A DNA stretch of 64,000 bases, taken from positions 16,492,001 through 16,556,000 of the forward strand of contig CM119376.1 of NCBI GenBank assembly GCA_051294905.1, in the 5' to 3' direction. The position numbers and the translations under genes were made by a program. This document shows, piece after piece, positions 46,101-57,649 of this stretch (within the stretch, counting starts at the first letter, position 1; each line of letters opens with the position of its first letter). This DNA is from Botryllus schlosseri (taxonomy: Eukaryota). The notes beneath the pieces are model-generated. The model was not told the origin of the DNA. It was given only the letters and a program-made list of their open reading frames with translations, and ran no database searches.

Positions 46101-48505
46101 AAAATACTATTCAATCATTGCTCATGTTTCGGTGAAGTAGCCCGTTATATCTGCATTCCACGCCCCCGCGTTAATGCAATTCAGACGTTTAGAATGAGCG
46201 GTTGCCGTAGGAAACTCACTTACAACACAAGATATGCATGGAAGCATCACGTGATTTAGGATGAGTCATTTTGTAAGGCAAAAGTATTGGTTGCCTTCTT
46301 GTAATATCATTCGTGTCATACCACTCAGCAAAAGTTTGACAATTGGTGTAAACGTTGAGATCTTGTTGTTTATTGATACTGGAATTGAACTCTACGACTG
46401 AAGTCCTTGCTTGTTATGTCGCGCCAACTGCGTTTGCTGCTACACCAATTAGATCATCTTCTGTACATATTGCTATGAGTTATTGCCTCTTGATATAACA
46501 TTGATTGGCTTAGTCACTTACAAAAATTCTTGCTATAACTATAATTCCTCTACTGTCACTACTTGCCTACTTTATTTAGGTTTATGCTATGCCATGACTC
46601 TTGCACAAACGGTTCCAGTTTCGCATACAAAGATATGCATCGTCTGATTTGCTGCATATTTTGAGCAGAATCCCCACACGACTAGTTGTGCCATGCATTA
46701 CAGTTAGAAATTGCAACAATTTCTATTCCTTTTCGCATTTTTTTGCACATCACTGTGACGCATATTATGCTTTAATAGTTGTTGAGACTCGGTACCTGCT
46801 AATGTGATGTACGGTATTGTCAGTTGCTGTTCCAAACGCTCTTTCAGATGCCTTTTAAACTGATCTAGTTTTTTTTTTTCACTTACGTAGTAGTTTTTGT
46901 TTGTCTTAGAAAACCTGATTTATATCATTCTACACTTACTCATCAGGTGCAAAGCCATGAATTTGCGTGGTTAACGTCTCTATTCGATAGATAAGCCGCC
47001 ACAGTGTTCAATAGCATTCTGCCTAATATCCTAACGGTAATTTCACAGCCTATAATACGTTTTTTTGCTCTGACCACGGCATAGAGGGCAGGGTTGTAAC
47101 CAAGTCACAAGGTTCCGAGTCACAAGTCAATCTCACTTTTATAGTTTTGACTCGAGTCAGGTCGAGTCATTTTCAATTCACCACCGAGTCAAGTCCAAGT
47201 CAATTAGTAAAGGGTTAAGTCCGAGTCATAGTAATCGGTTTTCTCGCAGCCGAATTTTTGGCACACCCTTCGGAGTTCCCTATACTTCATTAGGGGTTGG
47301 TACGTCGTGACGCGGTAATGGCTGACGCCGAAATGCCTAATTGCCTATTTCTATAAATCATGCGTACATCTCGGAGATGGGCACCTAATAAGCAAGACAT
47401 TTAGTGACACTAAATCGCGCCAAGCGCGAGAAGAAATCGAAAAATGTTGTAAAGGTTTCAGAAAAATACGATATGATTTAGGTTCATATGCAAAATAATT
47501 TTGGGCACTTTTCAAGCTCGACCCCTCTCCTATTACGCGGTTTTGGGTGCCCCAGATACGGTCCTGCACAAAATGAATGAATCGAAAACGAATGATCGCG
47601 CAAACTGCACTGTTTAGCGATGAGTCAGATCGTATCTGTTCTGCACTTGTCGCTCGTCAAATAACACGTCTTGGAACTTCAAGTTAAATCGAACATGTTT
47701 CAAGCCCTAATGTTACTTCACGAACTTCTGAATTATTTTAGAATTTGATGTTTTATTTATTCTATCAATGGACAAGCCTGCAACATTACATCTTGAAATT
47801 GAAGTATAAAATTGTAATATACCTTGCGAACCGGCAGGAATGTCGTCGCGGACCGCCACCGGTCCGCTGACCGGCGGTTGAGAACCACTGGTCCAGGCTA
47901 CATATTTGAACTTTGACGTATTGCATTCTGTTATTACGTCATAATGGGTGATACTCGATTACTCGACTCGAAGCATATTACGTGATTCAGAATCGAATCA
48001 CACAGGTACTCGATTTTGCCCAGCCCTAATTTCAACCCTGATATATGAGAAGCCATATATTTGCAAAAGACTCTGGAGTCAAATTTGCAATGACTCGAAC
48101 TCGAAGTGACTTGGGTAAGGAGTTACCCACTGAGGACATTGCAATCAAATAATTTTTTCTATTCAATTCATATTTGTGCTTTGCAAGTCCTTGCACAAAT
48201 CCGCATTCTCTGAAAAATTCTGTACTTTTGTGTGGTATTTATTTTGCCATTGAACACGTGGTCAAACGCGTTGAATTTTGGTGGCAATGGTCATTACTCG
48301 TTATCCATGCATGATTCTTATACACAGGTTCCGTACCCTTTCTTCTCATGGTGGAAGTGTACTAGGAGAAGGACATGAAAATTCCATTAACATGTCTTCC
48401 AACGCTCCCAGACACGGCGTGGCTTCATATCCTTCAGGCTTACCCAACTTTGTGAGAGAAAATCAACCCTTGCTTAGTCATCACAATCAAATTTCTTACT
48501 CATGA
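43183..48505 (+). CDS. GPR137: GPR137/TM7SF1-family lysosomal 7-TM protein, 7 exons
   Basis: Exons 43183-43566, 43630-43679, 45043-45133, 45194-45499, 45563-45688, 45968-46086 and 48328-48505 with consistent phases. Motifs QLWLILYYRYKRISFQTVFLFLC, WLLYCFPVCLQFFTL, DWYNVSDQ, LFVWELLPT and YFFDNPHRYDSDDD. Confidence 0.93.
43839..44180. mobile_element. hAT-type MITE (TAGGGTT family), GPR137 intron 2
   Basis: TIR tagggttaccat / tgtggcaagccta; TSD aattcggc / aactcggc (7 of 8 match); an inverted partial copy lies at about 41970-42315. Confidence 0.85.
47089..48132. mobile_element. Patchwork of nested MITE fragments in GPR137 intron 6
   Basis: A gagtc-rich element has ends at 47089 and about 48132. 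Internal ends of the caggaccgt (about 47566), cagtggttctcaacc (about 47890) and tagggctgggc (about 48028) families lie between them. Confidence 0.55.
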
Positions 48506-48715
48506 GCATTTTACCGAGTGCTTCTACTAATAAGCTGCTCATTACTGTGTGATATTGTTACGTTCTGTAGTATGTTTTTACCAGTTGTGTGGAAGATCGC
48601 ATCGGTTATCCATTCGTACCAGATGTTTTTTATCGTTCCTTGATTTATCATTACCTCTCCTGACTGATCAATAAAATGTAAGACCAAAGCGTATCAAAAA
48701 TTACCGTGTATTTTG

Positions 48716-50362
48716 TCATCTGATTTGTAGATGATCTCTTGCCCATAGCATGTTGCATATTGTATTCATTATGTGTGCAATATCCTTGAGTTGTTCGATT
48801 GCCTAAATATACTTGCGATGTAAATGTTTTACTTCAAAACCAGCTTGATACTAATTTACCGGTTTGTCACTTGGTACATTCTTTGTGCGTAGCACAGGTA
48901 TATTCCAACACTGAGACAAATCACGAACTTCGGCCTCTGAAATGTCACTCATTGTGTACTGGTCAGCTCTTCAAATGCATGATGGTGTCCTCCATTACAA
49001 ATGTGTACTTTGTATATTCAAATTCCTATCTTACCGGGTTCCGATGAATACTTGAGCTGGATGTGGGCTTTCACTGCTGTCGGTGGACATCCTACTTAAA
49101 AGCTGCGGCAGGTCTTCAAAACTGGTCCGGTCCGTGAAGGAAAATGTGTACAGGAAACAGTCGGCACTCGCTTGACAAGCCTTTCAGGAAAACTCAAAAT
49201 CAGATATATCAGCCATATATAAGATTAAAGATACATACGTCTTTGTAATCTCCAGCTACTCTATCCTATCTGGGACCAGATGCGTTCGCAGTAGCTAATG
49301 TTCGTATGCAAAGTAGAAGCAGAAGTAATACGTAAATTCCATTTAATTATAAGTAGCAATTTCAAGGACATAGGAACTACTCAAAGTGGAAAAAGAATAT
49401 GAAGCTCTGAAAAGGCAAGTAAGTAGATTCATGAAGTAGCTTACATCTGTTTGATGGATTGCATACATTTAGCCGTTGTCCTGAGGCCGGAGGCGTCATA
49501 TTTTGAAAATACAGGCTGCAGTTACATGGCTACGCATCCGTCGCTACAAATATGTTCCGTTGCTGTGCTAGGACTATTATGTCAAGTTTTTAAGGCAATT
49601 TCGCTCAATAGTGATTCGTATTCCTATCCAAAAACTACTTTAAAAAAGTGTGGAGTTCATAAAAGTGAGTTTTGCCAAAAAAAATCAGTGGAAGTATTTC
49701 AAAACAAGGCAAAACCTACTAGACTACTCAGAAAAAGTAGGCGTAGGCTACTTTGTTGCTGACCACATCTTTTTGTGACTACAAATTTTCAAAGCCAGGA
49801 CCAATGTTGAATTGCATCGAAGGATTTAACTGTATATGCAGAGACTCAGAAGTCTAGGCACTCACCGGCAATATATGGTCAAACTTCTTCATCGCATTGT
49901 CACCTACATCCCAGAAATTCAATCTGAAGTAAATGACTTTCCCACCGTCCCGTATAAGTGCCGGCCAATACACAGTCGTCGTTTCAATACCTGTGACGGG
50001 ATCTGGTCAAACCAGTAGTATGGTAGGGTACCAAATTAACGTTTTACCTGATGTTTCGGAAAATGAGTCAGGGATGTTGGCGCCACATAGCTTGGCTATC
50101 GTGGCAGTTTTTCCGACGCCACTTTTGCCGCAGACGAATATTTTGTAATCGGCGGTTGTCACCTCCCTACTTGGCGGTAAAGACGGCCGTTCAAGTAGGC
50201 CAAAATGTCTTCGTTTTCCTCTGGAAATATGGTATTGCACGATGTATGTAACTTCAGCGGTCAGTACATAACGAACATGTGTATGACATACTTGTGGATT
50301 AGTGTCTTCAGATATTCTGCTGAATGTTCGCTACGAAACCAACTCATATCTATTGCCGTCAT
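48716..50362 (-). CDS. CPLANE2: Ciliogenesis and planar polarity effector 2 (RSG1), atypical small GTPase, 6 exons
   Basis: Exons 50362-50292, 50220-50048, 49990-49866, 49180-49035, 48968-48860 and 48802-48716. Motifs FGLLERPSLPP, YKIFVCGKSGVGKT, FWDVGDNAMKKFDHILPAC, FSFTDRTSFEDLP and DIAHIMN..LW. Confidence 0.92.
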
Positions 50363-52105
50363 CGTGGTAGCTGAATCTGGGATACTTACTATACGTTATG
50401 TACAACTGATTGGTGGTGCAAAACCGGAATATAACTTTCATAAGTTTTACGTTATGTTTATGTTGTAAAATGTGATTCAGCGAAAATCGGTGATCCGATG
50501 CATCATTATTTTAGGTGTCATTACATTATGTGGTTTAGAAATTATATTGGGTTACTGAAAAATCGCCCCGACTACTCGATATGCTTCGTTCGATGGACAT
50601 ATTTGCCGTAATCAAACAGCTGTGTGGTGGTAAAAATGCAGTTGTTTCATTGAAGCAGCAACATAATAAAGATGGATGTGTTCGTACAACAAAACAACAT
50701 GATTAAGTTCCTTTCGAAACGTGTCTGTGACAATGACCATTACTGTCATTGTCCTTCAACGAACATTGGTAAATATTCAATTTCGTCGCGTGGCATGCAG
50801 TTCGACTTCGAGGTGATGCGAACAAAGGATCTGCTAGCCTATAATAGGCCACGGAAAACTGCAATACATTTCGCCAAAATGCTCGTTGATGGACATTGTC
50901 AAATTGGACATGCACTGTTGCGCATTATCAAAAGAGGCATTTTCCATCTAAATCCTAATTTAATGTTTCAGTCCCCTTTTGTTATTGTTGATGGGTGTGC
51001 GCGCTCCTCTTTAATAAATTACTACTTTACCAGAAAAACCAGTATTTTCACTACCACGCATTTTTTTGCAAGAGTTTCGCATTAAAAATAATAATGTGGA
51101 ATAATTTGGCAACGAACCAACACAAATTATAAACCACAGAAAGTAATGACACCCGAAATTTAAATAGCATCGATCAGCTGACAGCGATTAGTTGGATTAG
51201 TAGTCTGGTACCACCATGGAAAATTCCATGCTGATACTCATTCATTCATATTTGCGCAGCTGTAAATAAAACGAAGACACGGAGATGGGACTCTATCGTC
51301 CTTATCACTTGCTCTATGCGACCACAACTACGGAAATGTTTTTCTCACTGCTCATTATTTGTCACTGTTGTAATTACGCGAAGGAATGAATCATTGATAG
51401 CGTCGGTAGGCGTGGCGTAGAGATACTGTTTTAGCAAGTATACCAATGAAAACTTGAACGAAGATGACTGACGGACTCATCGCTGGAGTATATACAATAC
51501 CCAGTATAACATTAGACCTATGTGAGGTGATTATCTGCGACTGTTACCCGTCAGTGTGTGATAATGTAGTTTTACTTAGCATTGGAATCAATGTCCTATG
51601 CTCACACAATTCCTTATCTTTTTTATATATTTTATGAAATTACTTCAACTTGGAGAATCATTGGGGTCAAGTGTAGAATACGGCCACCTCGAGAAAGTGA
51701 TCCCCATGACCATCACCGATCAGTGTTGCACCTGAAACTTCAGTGCTGCACCTGAAACTGTCGGAATTCAGAGTGCTTCACGTAGTTACCGACTATGCTC
51801 CCCACTAGACCCTATAAATCCTGTCAAGGTTCCATATTATATCTTATCATATTATTATATCTTGAATTCACAGATACACATGCCGGTGACGAGCAAGATT
51901 ACATTTTACATCGCTCGCTCGCATACCAGATGAACGGCTTGTACAAGAAATCGAAAGAAAGGGGAAAGGAAGCGACTTACTCCAATCTCTTCACCACATT
52001 ATGTATTGTGTATCGCATTTTTATCGAAAATATAAAAAATAAAACGCATGACGCCTATGCCCGCGCAGTTGCCCAGAAAAGACCCGACGTAAGAAAGTAC
52101 TCATG

Positions 52106-54530
52106 TACACTTATGTGAAGACACTCGCATAGTCGCGTATCATACCAAGTGTACTTTCCAGCCACAATAGTTATGTACAGACACTCGCATAGTCGGGTAT
52201 GATACCAAGTGTACTTTTCAGCCACAATAGTTATGTACAGACACTCGCATAGTCGCGTATCATACCAAGTGTACTTTTCAGCCACAATAGTTATGTACAG
52301 ACACTCGCATAGTCGGGTATGATACCAAGTGTACTTTTCAGCCACAATAGTTATGTACAGACACTCGCATAGTCGGGTATGATACCAAGTGTACTTTTCA
52401 GCCACAATAGTTATGTACAGACACTCGCATAGTCGCGTATCATACCAAGTGTACTTTTCAGCCACAATACTTATGTGAAGACACTCGCGTAGTCGCGTAT
52501 CATACCAAGTGTACTTTTCAGCCACAATACTTATGTGAAGACACTCGCATAGTCGCGTATCATACCAAGTGTACTTTCCAGCCACAATAGTTATGTACAG
52601 ACACTCGCATAGTCGGGTATGATACCAAGTGTACTTTTCAGCCACAATAGTTATGTACAGACACTCGCATAGTCGGGTATGATACCAAGTGTACTTTTCA
52701 GCCACAATAGTTATGTACAGACACTCGCATAGTCGCGTATCATACCAAGTGTACTTTTCAGCCACAATACTTATGTGAAGACACTCGCGTAGTCGCGTAT
52801 CATACCAAGTGTACTTTGCGGCCAAGGCTACTCATGTAGGTACTCTCCAATAATAGGGCATGATACCAAGTGTACTTTTCAGCCACAATACTTATGTGAA
52901 GACACTCGCATAGTCGCGTATCATACCAAGTGTACTTTGCGGCCAAGGCTACTCATGTAGGTACTCTCCAATAATAGGGCATGATACCAAGTGTACTTTT
53001 CAGCCACAATACTTATGTGAAGACACTCGCATAGTCGCGTATCATACCAAGTGTACTTTCCAGCCACAATAGTTATGTACAGACACTCGCATAGTCGGGT
53101 ATGATACCAAGTGTACTTTTCAGCCACAATAGTTATGTACAGACACTCGCATAGTCGCGTATCATACCAAGTGTACTTTTCAGCCACAATACTTATGTGA
53201 AGACACTCGCGTAGTCGCGTATCATACCAAGTGTACTTTTCAGCCACAATACTTATGTGAAGACACTCGCATAGTCGCGTATCATACCAAGTGTACTTTC
53301 CAGCCACAATAGTTATGTACAGACACTCGCATAGTCGGGTATGATACCAAGTGTACTTTTCAGCCACAATACTTATGTGAAGACACTCGCGTAGTCGCGT
53401 ATCATACCAAGTGTACTTTTCAGCCACAATACTTATGTGAAGACACTCGCATAGTCGCGTATCATACCAAGTGTACTTTCCAGCCACAATAGTTATGTAC
53501 AGACACTCGCATAGTCGGGTATGATACCAAGTGTACTTTTCAGCCACAATAGTTATGTACAGACACTCGCATAGTCGGGTATGATACCAAGTGTACTTTT
53601 CAGCCACAATAGTTATGTACAGACACTCGCATAGTCGCGTATCATACCAAGTGTACTTTTCAGCCACAATACTTATGTGAAGACACTCGCATAGTCGCGT
53701 ATCATACCAAGTGTACTTTCCAGCCACAATAGTTATGTACAGACACTCGCATAGTCGGGTATGATACCAAGTGTACTTTTCAGCCACAATAGTTATGTAC
53801 AGACACTCGCATAGTCGCGTATCATACCAAGTGTACTTTTCAGCCACAATACTTATGTGAAGACACTCGCGTAGTCGCGTATCATACCAAGTGTACTTTT
53901 CAGCCACAATACTTATGTGAAGACACTCGCATAGTCGCGTATCATACCAAGTGTACTTTCCAGCCACAATAGTTATGTACAGACACTCGCATAGTCGGGT
54001 ATGATACCAAGTGTACTTTTCAGCCACAATACTTATGTGAAGACACTCGCGTAGTCGCGTATCATACCAAGTGTACTTTTCAGCCACAATACTTATGTGA
54101 AGACACTCGCATAGTCGCGTATCATACCAAGTGTACTTTCCAGCCACAATAGTTATGTACAGACACTCGCATAGTCGGGTATGATACCAAGTGTACTTTT
54201 CAGCCACAATAGTTATGTACAGACACTCGCATAGTCGGGTATGATACCAAGTGTACTTTTCAGCCACAATAGTTATGTACAGACACTCGCATAGTCGCGT
54301 ATCATACCAAGTGTACTTTTCAGCCACAATACTTATGTGAAGACACTCGCATAGTCGCGTATCATACCAAGTGTAGTTTCCAGCCACAATAGTTATGTAC
54401 AGACACTCGCATAGTCGGGTATGATACCAAGTGTACTTTGCGGCCAAGATACTCATGTAGGTACTCTCGCATAATAGGGCATGATACCAAGTGTACTTTG
54501 CGGCCAAGATACTCATGTAGGTACTTTCCA
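52106..54530 (-). repeat. 60-bp tandem satellite array, left arm of the Merlin element (about 40 units)
   Basis: Unit gccacaatagttatgtacagacactcgcatagtcgggtatgataccaagtgtacttttca with a few recurrent variants. 61-bp variant units occur near 52820-52880 and 52940-53000, and type-II units near 54430-54530. Confidence 0.97.
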
Positions 54531-54648
54531 CAGCCCTGTACTCATCAAATCTTGTTTCCAGCCACAATACTCAGGTGTATCATGTTTATTTGTGAAAGAA
54601 CGAAACAAAGAAAATTGAACGAAATTGCAGGAATGGTGCATTCTCATA

Positions 54649-55815
54649 TTAAAATTGATACTCTGGATGAGTCGCAATCGCATGAATGATATCGGGGAAG
54701 TAATGTGCCCTATCTCTAGTTCTTCGCCACATCCACTCATCAATATAGGAGGGCACAAAACTTCTTACCGAACCATTCATGCGATTGAATTTTCTTTTGC
54801 AATCTCGCCATTGACTTTCAATATTATTGGTATGCACGCCGTCGGGTGCCACGTATAAATCCTTATGACACACCGATTTGTGCGTATAATTCAGGCCCAT
54901 TCCTGTTAACGAAATATAAATACTTTCATGAAAGTGATCGTTATCGTTGAAATATATATTTTTACCGTTTATGCCACGATATGCAGCCCATTGATCGGAC
55001 CAAATTTCAGTCCCTGGAGCAATGTATTGCCGAATAATCGGCAAAAGTGTACCGGCGTCGCGACGATCGACGAATCGCATGAAGCATTGACTGCATAAAA
55101 CATTTATTATTCTTTAAGTTTTGCTAACCTTGGGTGGTATTTTCTGTATACAAACTTCGTTGCAAGATCCACGCCTCCAAATATCCACTGTTGTGGGACG
55201 GGCCTTGCCTGGGCGTTTGCCCCACGGCCGCGCTTGGCTATGACAGACTCGTCAATAGCCACAACGTGTCCTAGACCACCAACGACGCCGGAGCCTCTCA
55301 GTAGCTCACTCGAGCAGACCTTGAAAATATCACAGAGTAATCATAGTGCCATGCTATACAATTAAACTTGGAAATTACCTCCCTGAAAAATTGACACCAG
55401 TCAATGCAGGTCCGATTACTGATCTTTAATTCGTGTATGATCGAGACCTGCAAATGGTCCTGTGACCAAAAGTAGAGGAGGTACAGTAGTTGCAATACCG
55501 TCAGATTGCTTTTGTAAAAGAAAGAACCAAGACGTATGCTCCAAAAATTCTTGCATTTCTGTGAATGAAAAATGTCACAAAATATTAGTTTCTGGCTCCA
55601 ACAAAAAAAAATGTATGACTTCCTACCGGACAACGCCAGGCGGTCTGATCTTTGACGTTCCTGAATTTTTCAGCGCATGGCACGCTGCATTGTGGGCAAT
55701 TCTGTTGCCTTGCAAGTAGTCCATGCTGCCTGAAAAACTGAATGGCTGCAGTGTTGCTTGACAGCGCGCCCATTCCAATGAGCTCTGGTATGCCTACACC
55801 AACTAAACTCGCCAT
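54649..55815 (-). CDS. Merlin/ISXO2-like DDE transposase, 5 exons, 303 aa, apparently intact
   Basis: Exons 55815-55627, 55558-55379, 55319-55156, 55090-54966 and 54902-54649 (912 nt); introns 68, 59, 65 and 63 bp, all GT-AG. N-terminal Zn-ribbon CPQC..WRCPKC, then VAIDES (D), WIFGG, IWSDQWAAY (D), HTNNIESQW (E) and YIDEWMWRR. Confidence 0.9.
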
Positions 55816-56275
55816 GCTTAGGCTACTGATAAATGTGGGCTATGAAATGAAATGATATATTATTTAGCGATGATTTGTTTTACAACTTTTATTACAACAT
55901 AAAATTATTCATAGATAGAAATCAGCCTAATTCTAAAGGCCACTATAGTTTCTACTGCGCCTAATTTTTAATTATATTCCTGCAAGTTTGCAAGTTTCTC
56001 TTTCCTGTTCATTCATTCGTTACTTGCATTCACATCTTCACCGCCTTTTGTTGACCAAACGCTGCTGAAGTTATTGCTCGACTTACACATGGAAGAGTCG
56101 TGTTCATCAGGCCCGGAAACTCTTCCACCGTGATCAATTATTAAGTTCATTGTTAATCACAATGTTTTTTCCGGTTTATGAGCATGTACCATTGTTGAAG
56201 ATGATACCTTCATGTGACCAATGTGGGTTGACGTACATAAGGACGCATTCTGACTGTACAATGCCTCTCGACATG

Positions 56276-56530
56276 CCTACATGTACCTACATGAGTATCT
56301 TGGCCGCAAAGTACACTTGGTATCATGCCCTATTTTGCGAGAGTACCTACATGAGTATCTTGGCCGCAAAGTACACTTGGTATCATGCCCTATTATTGGA
56401 GAGTACCTACATGATTATCTTGGCCGCAAAGTACACTTGGTATCATACCTATCATTGGAGAGTACCTACATGAGTAGCCTTGGCCGCAAAGTACACTTGG
56501 TATCATGGCCAATTATGCGAAAGTACCTAC
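56276..56530 (+). repeat. Short internal array of the related type-II 60-bp unit (about 4 units)
   Basis: Repeats of gagtacctacatgagtatcttggccgcaaagtacacttggtatcatgccctatt.., sharing aaagtacacttggtatcat with the main satellite. Confidence 0.9.
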
Positions 56531-57346
56531 ATGAGTATCGATGCCATTTCTTTTACATTGCTGGACAAGCTGGGATAAAGACCAATTTCAAGAACGTGCT
56601 CTTTGTCAAAGTCATCCAGCGATATGCTCTTTGTATGAAATATGTCAATGAATTCAACTGCATCGCACTTCACAAAGGCCCATTTGAAATTTTCCGGCAA
56701 TGGTATTGGCGTCCACATTAAACGGAGTACTGAATAGTCAGAATTCATTTTGTAGAGAAGGAATGTTGGAAAAGCGGGTGAATATTCACTTATTCAGTAG
56801 TTAAATTTCGTATCACAGTTAGAAATGTAGTGTTGGTACTAGGTTTTCTCTCCTCCAGTATAGGAAAGTGAGCATAATTTTCTTTGTAGGCTACTGTTGA
56901 CATTTCAAGAGTCACAGATTCGTTTAGAATGCGCCTAAACATCTCATCTATCCCCCTGAAGTTGCAAATTCAATTTGTTCAGATGCGACGTTAAATGTAC
57001 CAGGAAAGCAAGAAGAGATACCCATTTTCGATTACAAGATTATGAGTCGGCGATATTAGAGGAAAGTTGCTACTTCATTTCTCAGTTCATAGACTCGTGT
57101 AAGCATAGCTGCTTGACTTAATGCGTGAACATGACAGATATAGGCCTACAGGACATCGCCATATTGATTCTCTGCTTAGTAATATCTGGCGTAACTGATT
57201 CAGTTAATGAGACAAAAATCATATTAACAGTTTTCCCCATTGCAAGGAAGGACACCCTTATTGTCACACCCCATTAGAGTGGTAAACTATTTAAAAAAGT
57301 ATGGAACACCTTCGGTTGCGAGATACACTCGATTGATAAGCACTGA

Positions 57347-57440
57347 TCCAGTCGATGAATGGATGTGGCGTCGGACCAGAGAAAGAGATCATTACTTTTC
57401 GGACATTGTTCAGGAAATCGCCAGGCAACACCCAGTGTAA
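57347..57440 (+). pseudogene. C-terminal remnant of a second, diverged Merlin transposase
   Basis: DEWMWRRTRERDHYFSDIVQEIARQHPV* aligns with DEWMWRRTRDRAHYFPDIIHAIATHPEYQF* of the intact gene. The downstream cctgcaatttcgt segment also matches that gene's 3' flank. Confidence 0.85.
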
Positions 57441-57649
57441 AATGAGCCCTTTAATTTATTGAGATTTGACTGCTCAGAATTATCTAGTTATCGAAGTGTG
57501 CCTGCAATTTCGTAATTCCGTTTTTTTCTACATTTCGTTTCGTTTTTGTTTTGTTGATAAACGTGCTGCCATTGGCTATAGTTCGAGTCTATCTACATTT
57601 GACCGGACGTTGGAGTAGGAGTCAGGGTCAGGGCCATTTCTATAATATG

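Noticed and set aside
50672-51085. 137-aa plus-strand ORF and overlapping minus-strand ORF upstream of CPLANE2
   Set aside because: No recognisable motifs; more likely promoter or UTR sequence between divergent genes.
51795-52118. 107-aa ORF present twice (also 59522..59845)
   Set aside because: It is a by-product of the mirrored TIR, with a non-ATG start and no recognisable domain.
52055-54567. Long ORFs (256 and 548 aa, and mirror ORFs at 57672-59585) encoding KYTWYHTRLCECLYITIVAE repeats
   Set aside because: They arise because a 60-bp monomer lacks stop codons in one frame. The 61-bp units shift the frame, most variants are non-synonymous, and there is no credible start or signal context.
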